From the NCBI GenBank assembly GCA_973895155.1, contig OZ316893.1:15530645-15594644 (forward strand): a DNA stretch of 64,000 bases. The letters are read 5' to 3'. Made by a program: the position numbers and the translations under genes. Under the pieces are notes generated by a model that searched no databases, had not been told where the DNA came from, and was given only the letters and a program-made list of their open reading frames with translations. Position 1 is the first letter of the stretch. The number at the start of each line of letters is the position of its first letter. This DNA is from Marsupella aquatica. Lineage: Eukaryota > Plantae > Marchantiophyta. Shown one piece after another: positions 41,789 to 52,100 of the stretch.

Positions 41789-42127
41789 GATGACAAAGTC
41801 TGCAAATCTGAATGCAAGGAGCAATAAATTTATCGCTTTGACAAACCAAAAAAACCAAAAACCGGCATACAAACATCGATACAATGAACTCAGAAAGTGC
41901 TCATTCACGTACAAGCATTAGGTCATTCCACGAGCGATACCAACTCTGATAAAATTATCGCAAACAAATATGAGCACGATATAAATTGACGGCTGAGATT
42001 ACATTATCGTACGTGTCAACATCTGAAAATGAGACCAACACCGATAAAATTATCGCAAAAGTGGTCCAAACAAAAAGTGAGCCTTCTTTAAATTGACAAC
42101 CGAGTGTACATGTGATAATGTGCCTAA

Positions 42128-42806
42128 TCAATCATCCCACCCAAGATCAAACCGCGCTACAGCGAAGCGAGAGATTAGCTTCTTGGGCCATTGGGGTATA
42201 TGAGTGATCCTATGATCATAGGCCCACAGCCAATGAAAATCTGTGGCACCGGTCTCAGGATTAACTACAGCTACTGAATAGCGGCGTGACGGAACATCAC
42301 ATGCAACAGGCATTTGTGCAACACTGACACATCTCACCATTGTCAAGGACATTTGTCCATAAACAAGATACATAAGTTAACCTAAATAACGGACAAAGAG
42401 GTTGAGGGGGGAGTTGACGAACCTGTACGAATATAACTTCCCACCAGTGTCAATCAAAAACTCGGTAGCAAGAGGATTGTCCAGCTGGTCAATCACATCC
42501 TGAATCTCATCGAATGCTCTACGTCTGTTGTGGGCATAGAATTCTGGTTCATAGGCAGGATTGCCCTTCACAACATGATAGCAGTGCAGTATAAAACGTT
42601 TTACTGCACCGATTTTAAGAAAAAGCAGGATAATACTTCTAGAAAATGCAGCATATCTATCCCACTGGATATAAATTTCTCCCCCTACCTGGTCTACGTA
42701 GAAGTGATATGCGTTATTATAAAATGGGTTTGCTACTAGCTTGCAAATCTTTAAAATTAGTGATTCATCCAGCTTCCTTAGCTGGTCCATCAGGGCGCCA
42801 TTCCCC
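42128..42806 (-). pseudogene. 3' part of a small cargo gene (weakly F-box-like) split by the inner element; 5' part at 55898-55944
   Basis: Removing 42811-55897 and one CATT restores MLERRIFVPFVDPPEWGNGALMDQLRKLDESLILKIC in frame. ORFs 42377-42790 and 42128-42373 are in frame across one TAA. Confidence 0.7.
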
Positions 42807-42849
42807 CATTATCAGCCTATTCATTAAAAGTGTATTATTATTTGATTTA

Positions 42850-43175
42850 TGTACATTTGGGCAGTGAAAAGTGTACTTTTGGGCTTGGAAAAGTGTACAT
42901 TTGGCCAATGAAAAGTGTACATTTGGGGATAGAAAAGTTTACAATTGGCCTAAAGAGTGTACATTTGGGCAATGAAAAGTGTAAATTTGAACATCAAAAT
43001 AGATACATTTGGCTTTAAAAGTGTACATTTGAGTACATTTGGCCTAGAAAGTGTACATTTGAGTGCAAAATGCATACATTTGGCTTAACAAGTGTACATT
43101 TAAGTGCATTTGGTCTAGAAAGTGTAACTTTTAGTGCAATAAAGTGTACATTTGGCCTAAAAAGTGTACATTTGC
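42850..43175. repeat. Subterminal AAAGTGTACATTTGG array (also 55765-55850)
   Basis: More than ten imperfect copies next to the left TIR and four next to the right TIR, in the same orientation. Confidence 0.85.
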
Positions 43176-43425
43176 CTACCAACTCTTATTATAATCATTT
43201 AAAAGAAAGGAATGAATAGAAAAACATTTTTAATTATGTAGAAAAAGCAAACATTCATATTTATAATGATCAAAAGTTTAGAAAATGAGGAGATAGTATC
43301 ACATTAAAACTATTAGAATAGTAAATAACTAGTACATAAATTACTATGTTTGAATGAGTGACTATCTTAGTTACATAAAAACTAGTAACTATCTATTTAA
43401 TTATTATAGCTTCTAACAACTAAGT

Positions 43426-46400
43426 CTACTTGTCCATCCTTTGAAGATAATTTTGGACAGTTTGTAGAACATTTCGAGGGATCTTCAAACCTCTGCCTGC
43501 CATGTTTTCTTCTTTCATTCCAGATTTAAAACCATACATTGCAGAATTTGCATACTGCCAATGTTGAGTATTCTCACCAAACCCTGGATCTCGTTCCCAT
43601 GTCTTAGTGGACATGAAACAATTTAGATACCGCGCACTCTCAGTCACATCAAGTTTACTAGAGTGTTTAGGCCTCCACCATTCAACTGGGAACATTGGAG
43701 CGTACTGTCGAGGCAGAGAAGGGTTTGTTGAAGATGTAGTTGGGACTTCATGCTTTGGGTCCACCAAACCCAAAGCTCTCACCAACCAGAAATGACCTCC
43801 ACCATTTTTATTCTCCCAGTCATCCTCGGGTCGAAGAAATACAAAGTTTCCTTCACAAATATCTTGTAAAGGAATCCATCGTCCTTGTTCTCTCTCAGCT
43901 CGAGATCCAACAAATGGTGCTGCCTGATCTTCCATCTCTTCCAAGACCTCATTTTGAAGAGCCGTCATCTCTGCATTCTCCTCATCTTCACTTGGAGGAC
44001 CACTTTGTTCCGGTTGGTTGACCTTGTAACCAGTGCCGTGGTTAGTCTTAGGCCAAAATCTGTTTTCCAAGGGAAATTGAGTACTTCCCTCCCCTTCTAG
44101 TGCGAGCCCATTTGTCAACAACTCCACAATTCTCTCCCAATATTTCACAAGAGGAAATCTTTCCTTATATGCTATAGATGTCTCATCAGTGCAACTCCTT
44201 CTCAAAAAATCAAGGTACTTGTTAAGAAATGGGATAATCTCTTCAGATTTTTTGTGTATCTCTCCAATGGATTTAGCTAAGGGCTCTCCACTTGGTAAAA
44301 GAAGAGAATTTGTTGTCAGATCTGTTGCCCAAATGCACCTTCCACCAAGTGGAGCCCAAGCTTGCTTTACATGGGACTTATACTGAAATATTGGTACATT
44401 ATCTCTCATAGAGAAAAGAAATGATACAGGTTTTGAGTGACCTTGAATATCTTTCACCTTGAAAGTTTGAAGATATTCTTTGTAAGATGCAACTTCTTGT
44501 ATCAATCTGGGAACTGGATGAATGCTCTCGCATTCCCATACCTCTGCCATAAGAGCAAGGAGGGTTGCAACTTCTTTGTGCTGAACTTGATATGATACCT
44601 TTGAAAAGAGTGCATCAACATCTTCATGCGTATGACCAACCATTAGAAAAGACATTTGAACAGTTTCAAATACTCCTCTACTCACAAGCTCGCTACAAAA
44701 TGCCATGACAGTCTGGTTTTTGTTGTCCTTTGCTGAATTATCCATCTGCAATGTTAGGTGCCTTGGCAAGGGCTTGAACGATGGACTGCCTTGCTCTCCT
44801 TGCATGTCTTCTCCATCATCCTCATCTTGCTGGTTTGGGACGGTCTCAGTCCGACTCTCAGCTCCATCTTCAGAACCAATATACCTATTCACCGGTATAT
44901 TCTTTGGTTCCAAATAACCCGTCAAAAATGCTTCAAAGTCAAGTAGGGCTTGAAAGAAAGGTCTGTGAGGTTCCCAATGAAGGCCATCCAACATGTCACC
45001 TGTCTTGTCTCCATTGTACTCTTCAAGGTCTCGAAGACACTTAGCCAAGGATGTCACCGTGAAATCGACATCTCCTGGCCAAAGGCCAGTGACACTAAAG
45101 TGTGCATAAACTCCTGGATCCCTCCCGTGGGTCAACATCCCTGTGAGAGCAATAGGTAGCGGCATTCCATGACCCGAAAGAGATTTAGGAGTACTAACCA
45201 TTTTTGGAATCCATGTCTTTGCTTGATCCATCTTGTCGTGAATAATGCAAAGATATTCTCCTGGGTGTTGTTTGGCCATCACTCGATGAGCGTAGTAAAC
45301 ATATCTACGTGACATTTGCTCACGAAGATGTTGCGCTCGTTTTTCTTCAATTTCAGCACGTTCTTTTTTCCTTCTTTCTCGCATCAAACTGTCTTTGTAT
45401 TCACAACAAAGAGTACACTTGGCAAATGCACCATCTTTATGAAAACTGAAGTTTGCAAATGAGTTACTCCAGATCTTGTAGAGAGTATTCTCTGTGACAG
45501 GAGGAAGCCCTTCTTCCTTCATCTTTGTTCTCACATCTTCCAGAATCTCTAGCTTTTTGTAACACCCCGGAAGACGGTACTCAATAGAGTCTGTCCCATG
45601 TGCCCCTCCATAAGGCATATGAGGCATGGGCTCTGCATTTCGAGTCAAAAAAGCCTCCAACAGAGCTCGTGCATGCAAGGTATTTGCCCTTGTTTTCATC
45701 AAGCCCGTATTGCCATGGAACCCAATTTTGCAACCCTCCACATATCTCCTTTTGTAATCATAATATTTGGTGTGGCTAAAACCGTGGATAATTGCAAATG
45801 CATGTCTGCATACGACCATACCCTTAAGAACATGGTGTCCCTTATCACGAACATCATCCTCTCTATAGTGAAAGAGGTTGAAAATGTGTGACGTTTTTGA
45901 CTCGCTTGACATCCCATGAAATTCCATCCTAATATCTTCGATGTTTTCCCTTGGCATAATGAGACAACATTTTTGCTTGCAACAATTTTCTCTTTTCACG
46001 TCATCAATTGACGCCTCTGTTGTTTTTGAAATTGCCTTGGTTTCCAACAACCTCCTCTTCTTTTCATTTGGATCTACTTGATTCCTCTTGTTAAAATTGT
46101 AGGGCCTTGAACGCAGTACTCCTCTATCACTTACATCCGCATTGAGTTCATCCCTATCCATTGAGTCCATCCTTTCAGAACCTTCCACCAAAATATCTGA
46201 CAAAAATTTTCCATTTGCAACTAGTTTTGTTGAATCAATCCGCCATCGAATCAAACTCACTACTCCCTTGTGGATGTTGGGAAAGTATTGTGCTGCCACG
46301 ACATCTTTCACAGCAATCCCAACATGGTCATCACCAAGAATTTCATCATCAACTGCCGCCATCACTTGAGGGACAGTGATCGTTCCCGTGGCAACCATTT

Positions 46401-47208
46401 TGGTTCGATCCAAACCAGTGTAGAGTTCAACCAACTCTGACATCCAGTTTGCCCGATGAAAATAGTCACACTTAGTGTCTGTGGTGTTTGCCGAACAAGA
46501 CTGTGAAACAAAATCCGCCTTGTCCTTCTGCTTCTTAGAGGAAGATTTGTTGCTCCCATCGATATCAACATTCCATACTTTATTGTGGACGTCAGCCACA
46601 TCCCATAGAACCCAGGAGCCCTTTGCCTCTTCAATTGTTGCAGCTCCACCATGTGCGTAAGGTAAAGTCTTACTACCATGAATCACATCTGTGATTTTTA
46701 CACTAACCCGAGACTCACCGAGTAATATGTTATGACATCTCTCCATTGGATCAGTCTTGAAAACAACTCCAAAGGCCACACAATGGCCAGAGATAAACAT
46801 TTCAACCTCATCACCTGGCCTTAGGGTGGTCGAAGCATCCTCCTGTACATTTGCAGAATTATGGATGTTGTTATCTTTTCGAGTCGAACAACTACCAATA
46901 CTGATGCGTTTTTGAGTAATCTTATCCGCAGATCGATATGCACATGACATATCCCAAATGACACATGAGTCAATGGCATCATGAAGATTTTCCGCCCTAG
47001 GCATTGGAAAAGGGAGCTTCCTGGTCTCACCAAAGGCCTTCTCAATGAGAACCCCAATTCGATTATCTCCCAGCACAATATTTTGAACACTCTCTTGCGG
47101 ATCTGTCTTTTGAACTGTCCCATTTCCAACGTCGTAACCATCCATTGTCAAGGTCACATCATCGCCCCTAGAAAACCTTTGAGACATCCTTTTCCTATTA
47201 TCCTGCAC
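43426..47208 (-). CDS. Sola1-type DDD transposase (~1250 aa)
   Basis: FAKCTLC..H, IIHDKMDQ, LQMDNSAKDNKN and FLMVGHTHEDVDALFS. Three repeated N-terminal domains. Uninterrupted ORF inside TIRs with a 4-bp TSD. Confidence 0.85.
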   Translation of the reverse strand: MQDNRKRMSQRFSRGDDVTLTMDGYDVGNGTVQKTDPQESVQNIVLGDNRIGVLIEKAFGETRKLPFPMPRAENLHDAIDSCVIWDMSCAYRSADKITQKRISIGSCSTRKDNNIHNSANVQEDASTTLRPGDEVEMFISGHCVAFGVVFKTDPMERCHNILLGESRVSVKITDVIHGSKTLPYAHGGAATIEEAKGSWVLWDVADVHNKVWNVDIDGSNKSSSKKQKDKADFVSQSCSANTTDTKCDYFHRANWMSELVELYTGLDRTKMVATGTITVPQVMAAVDDEILGDDHVGIAVKDVVAAQYFPNIHKGVVSLIRWRIDSTKLVANGKFLSDILVEGSERMDSMDRDELNADVSDRGVLRSRPYNFNKRNQVDPNEKKRRLLETKAISKTTEASIDDVKRENCCKQKCCLIMPRENIEDIRMEFHGMSSESKTSHIFNLFHYREDDVRDKGHHVLKGMVVCRHAFAIIHGFSHTKYYDYKRRYVEGCKIGFHGNTGLMKTRANTLHARALLEAFLTRNAEPMPHMPYGGAHGTDSIEYRLPGCYKKLEILEDVRTKMKEEGLPPVTENTLYKIWSNSFANFSFHKDGAFAKCTLCCEYKDSLMRERRKKERAEIEEKRAQHLREQMSRRYVYYAHRVMAKQHPGEYLCIIHDKMDQAKTWIPKMVSTPKSLSGHGMPLPIALTGMLTHGRDPGVYAHFSVTGLWPGDVDFTVTSLAKCLRDLEEYNGDKTGDMLDGLHWEPHRPFFQALLDFEAFLTGYLEPKNIPVNRYIGSEDGAESRTETVPNQQDEDDGEDMQGEQGSPSFKPLPRHLTLQMDNSAKDNKNQTVMAFCSELVSRGVFETVQMSFLMVGHTHEDVDALFSKVSYQVQHKEVATLLALMAEVWECESIHPVPRLIQEVASYKEYLQTFKVKDIQGHSKPVSFLFSMRDNVPIFQYKSHVKQAWAPLGGRCIWATDLTTNSLLLPSGEPLAKSIGEIHKKSEEIIPFLNKYLDFLRRSCTDETSIAYKERFPLVKYWERIVELLTNGLALEGEGSTQFPLENRFWPKTNHGTGYKVNQPEQSGPPSEDEENAEMTALQNEVLEEMEDQAAPFVGSRAEREQGRWIPLQDICEGNFVFLRPEDDWENKNGGGHFWLVRALGLVDPKHEVPTTSSTNPSLPRQYAPMFPVEWWRPKHSSKLDVTESARYLNCFMSTKTWERDPGFGENTQHWQYANSAMYGFKSGMKEENMAGRGLKIPRNVLQTVQNYLQRMDK

Positions 47209-47249
47209 ACTGAAAAAAATGGATTACAACCAAAGTCATGCAAATTTTG

Positions 47250-48045
47250 ATTCAGACTGCGATCCTCAAAGTCTGGATTTGGACTACGATCCTTCAATTC
47301 CGGATTTGGACCGGGACCATCCAAGTCCGGATTTGGACTACGATCCTCTGATTCTGGATTTGGACTAGGACCATCCGAGTCCAGATTTTGACCGGGACCA
47401 TCCAAGTCCGGATTTGGACTGCAATCCTCTGAGTCTAGATTTGGACTACGATCCTCCGATTATGGATTTGGATTGGGACCATCCGAGTCCGGATTTGGAC
47501 TGGAATCCTCTGAGTCTAGATTTGGAGTACGATCCTCCGATTCTGGATTTGGACTGGGACCAACCCAGTCCAAAGTTGGACTAGGACCATCCCAATCCAA
47601 ACTTGGACTCGGACCATCCCAATCCAAACTAGGACTTGGACCATCCAAGTCCAAACTTGGACTCGGACCATCCCAATCCAAACTTGGACTCGGACCATCC
47701 TAATCCAAACTTGGACTCGGACCATCCCAATCCAAACTAGGACTTGGACCATCCAAGTCCAAACTTGGACTCGGACCATCCCAATCCAAACTTGGACTTG
47801 AACCATCCTAATCCAAACTTGGACTCGGACCATCCCAATCCAAACTAGGACTTGGACCATCCAAGTCCAAACTTGGACTCGGACCATCCCAATCCAAACT
47901 AGGACTTGGACCATCCAAGTTTAAACTTGGACTCGGACCATCCCAATCCAAAGTTGGACTCGGATGATCCCAATGCAAAGTTGGACTCGGATGATCCTAG
48001 TCCACATCTGAATCCAAACTTGGACTAGGACCATCCTAGACCAAC
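47250..48045. repeat. 21-bp minisatellite (TTGGACTCGGACCATCCCAATCCAAAC-type), probably in the 5' intron of the transposase
   Basis: More than 30 tandem units. The same unit occurs at 49270-49610. Confidence 0.92.
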
Positions 48046-49106
48046 CCATAATGTAACGGGAGATAAACTTCAAACATTTTAAGCTAAGAAAATTCCAAAT
48101 TTAGGAAGACTCCGTATTTTACGGATCTCCCTATATGGTGTAGCCTAAAGTTTGCGTGGTCTTAAGGTAGACCCTAATGTCTACATACAGTTTCATGAAA
48201 TAATGAAACCTAGCCTTATATTTGAATGCGTTAACCTTATACTCACCTTAGTATTAAGATCTGGTAGAATATGAATATCACATCCAAGGGGGATACATTG
48301 TTGTCTGTAGATTGGTAAAAACTTTCCCAGAACCCTGAAATACAAGCTATATGCCACTAAATCTTGGGAGTAAAAAACAAACTGAACCCTAAACCACACA
48401 TGTCTGTAAAAGATAAACTGAGAGGACCCCAAAAGTCAAGAAGCTGGCTAAGCTGACCCATTGAAGGTAAGTGGCTCAATACATAACACTTTAAGAGAAA
48501 CTCCGGATTACATGGAGCTTAGATTTGGGAAACTAGAACAAGAATGAGCTCCGAAGTGGGCGTCTCCCGAAATATACCCTTTGCTCGAGTCGGCTCAAAC
48601 GGAAATCGCGTGAAGATAAGGGTTGAGTACCCCTTCACCTTAGCTTGCGGCACACCTTATCTTCACGAGCCTAATTGCGCGGGGACTACCGTGCAAGGCT
48701 GTTAGGTAGGCAGGACATCAAGGAAGGAGGCCCGTATGCAGGGTGCGGGCAACGGGCCGTACGCAGGAGCAAGCCGTACGCACTATCAGGCCGTACGTAG
48801 GAGAAGGAGGCAACCGGCCGTACGCAGGCCGGGGTGAGGCAGGAGGGGGTAAAGGGACGGAGAGGTCCAGCCAGGACCTCATTCTCATTCTCACTCTTTC
48901 GCTCCTCACTCTGCTCACGCTCTCCACTCTCCGCCTCCGCTCTCTGCTCTTTGCCTCCACTCGCTCGCTCTCCTCGCTCTTTGCTCTCCGCTCTCTCTCC
49001 GCCTCCCCGCCTCTGCCTGCTTCCGCCTCCACCTCCATTCTTTTTCATTGCCCTAAATCGGACGCCTGCTAAGAAGCCACGTGTCACTCTGCCACGTGTC
49101 AGAAAG

Positions 49107-52100
49107 ATGGAAGCGAATCGCGTCCTTGTGAAGTCCTCCGTGGAAGCAACAGAGGAGTTTGACCTCTCCTCTATGAGCGACAGTGTAGAACTGGCACTTG
49201 AAGACTCCAAACAATTTCAATCAAGAATCCCTAGTAAGTATCCATCACCTATCCTCCCTAAGTCTTAGAGGACTGGGACCATCCGAGTCCAAAGTTGGAC
49301 TCGGATGATCCCAATCCAAAGTTGGACTCGGACCATCCCAATCCGAACTTGGACTCAGATGATCCTAATCCAAACATGGACTCGGATGATCCCAATCCAA
49401 AGTTGGACTCGGATGATCCCAATCCAAAGTTGGACTCGGACCATCCCAATCCGAACTTGGACTCAGATGATCCTAATTCAAACGTGGACTCGGATGATCC
49501 CAATCCAAACTTGGACTCGGATGATCCTAATCCATCCAGGAGATTGAATCTCGATTGTAGGAGCAAGTCTAAAACCATCTCAAGTTGGACTAGGACCATC
49601 CTAATCCAACAAGATTTATTCAAATGTTTTAAACTTAATAAGTCTAACATGGATGATGTTTTTATGATGCAGGGAGCGATCTTGTTGGTTTCAAACCCGC
49701 GATTGCACCGACCGACTGCCGGGACGGATTCTTACTAGATGAGAGATCCCCAGGCTTCCGATGGGGGCTTGAGTTCTCAAGAACCCCGCTTAATAATGAA
49801 GTGCCATCAAGCACGATTGAACCTGTTTTGACCTTAAAGTGCAGAGCAAATGATAGCCTGACTTTGGTTTGCGGACCTGTGGTCTCTGTTGGCATTGGAG
49901 GGAGAGGGATGAATTCGGTCATTCTGGAGATGCACGATAGGTCATGCTGGGTTAAAGTTAACCTTATGTCAAAGGCATACTCCTCAGAATTCTATGTCGA
50001 ATGGCACGCAAGTGGTGAATTGAGCGTTTTGTCAATGGGATTTTTTCCAAAGACATATGACACAAAGAAGTTGGTCATCGGGGTAACTGGTATGCTTCCA
50101 GTCGACATTATGTATGGGTTTCAATATTTGAAACTCAACATGATGAAGCACCAAGGCAATTTCTCTTTTGCAACTACTTGGACGTTAAGCAATTTACTTG
50201 AGAAAGTTGGATTGTTATCGTTGGAGTCAGAGGAGCCTGGTGTTTTAATTGATAAGGATGTTGCATTTGATCCCAACTTTGATTTAGTCAAAGCAAAGCA
50301 ATGGATAGAATCTTTGTCAAAGACGAGAAACCTTCCAACGGTGAATACAAACCCTGTGCCCGAGAAGGCGCCAGAGAAAGCTCCAGAACCTACAACAGAG
50401 ACCGCGGGAACTACAGCAGCAACCTCTCAAAGAGCAGTGGGAAAACAAAAACAAAGCCAAAGGAAACCTCCGGTTGAAAAGAAACTTCCAGTTGAGAAGC
50501 TGGTTGAGAAGCCGAGTACGAGAAGCCGAGTTCAGAAGCCAGTTGAGAAGCCGAGTACGAGAAGCCAAGTTGAGAAGCCAGTTGAGAAGAAACATTCGGT
50601 TGAGAAGCCAAGTGCAAGTGAAAAGAGGCCAAGACAAAAGAAGAAACAGAAAATTGACAGTGCCATCATGGATGACACTACAGAAAACCTGACAGTGCAT
50701 TCACAAGATATGGACGAGCAGTTGGACGCTCCTGAGGAGAAGAAGGTCTTAGAAGGTAATGAGGTACTACAACAAATGGAGCAATATTATACGTTTGGGA
50801 TCAATTCGATATTTTCTATTCCCGTAGAGAGTATTTTCCCTGCGTCGGCAAGACTCTGTTACAGAATGTTGAATGCAGACCATGTAAAGGAGGTGGCCAA
50901 TTCCATGATAAGAAATCCGGGGCATGAACCACACATAGCAGACTTGATTCCTTACACTACAAAACATAGAAACCTAATGCAATATGACAACACGGAATCA
51001 GATAGGAGGGACTTTGTAGCAGCCGTGAAAAAGGGGGAGGTTCAATTCCTTGCCATTAGCGGTCAACATTCGGCCAGAGCAGCCAGATGGATTCGAGAAT
51101 GGGCAAACAAGGATGCCAAGCTAACAGCATTGGCAAAAAAGCTGGAATTTCGAAAGTCAAGAATATTATCTCATCGAACACCATCATCAATATTAGTTGA
51201 GCATTCAATGCGATCTAATGCTATCAATAGCACGATGGTGTTTCAGTCATGCTTCAAAGATACAGTCGTTCATGCTAGGCGGCAATTTGTGGAATGTGGA
51301 AAACCTAGCCGGCCAAAACATGGGGACAACAAAACAAACGCTCAAGACAATCAAAAATTTCAGGTATGAAGTGTTACTGCTTGATTGGTACAATACCGTA
51401 GACTCTCCATGTGTGATTACAATTGAGATGGTAGTCTTTGACCACAAAGCTTCAAGTTTGCTTTGGATTGAGATGGTCCGAGTCCAAATGGATACATTCA
51501 CATTCAGTAGAATATTTCCACTGATATCGTCTAGTTTTGTGTTGGACTGGGATGGTCCCAGTCCAAATGGATTCATGCACATTCAATAGACTATTTCCAC
51601 TGATATTGTCTAGTTTTGTGTTGGACTGGGATGGTCCCAGTCCAAATGGATTCATGCACATTCAGTAGAATATTTCTCCACTGATACCGTCTAGTTTTGT
51701 TTTGGATTGGGATGGTCCTAGTCCAAACTAAATCATGCACATTCAATATAATATTTCCACTGATATTGTCTAGTTCTGTGTTGGACTGGGATGGTCTCAG
51801 TCCGCACCTGAGTGCTTTCAAACAATTGAGTTATGGAGAACTAACAGACTTTCCTTTGCAATTGTAGGATTGGTTGGCTCTTGCAAGAATGACCATGGGA
51901 AGGAAAGATTGTCGTAATGTCTACTGGTTACTGTTTGCCGACAATGCTCTTTTTGATTTATGGAGTTTGGTATGCCAATTGTGGTTGGATGGGAAACTTC
52001 CCGATGGAGCTGGTGTAGAAGGAAATGAGAAGTCTGAAAAAGCAATTACTGTTGCCATGTTTCGTTGTTTTGATGGTGAGTTGATCTCACAACGAGACAT

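Noticed and set aside
47154-49738. Repeat-protein ORFs (DGPSPSLD, VQVWIGM, DSDDPNP) and the ORFs at 51197-51821
   Set aside because: They are translations of 21-bp and 80-bp tandem repeats that fall in predicted introns.
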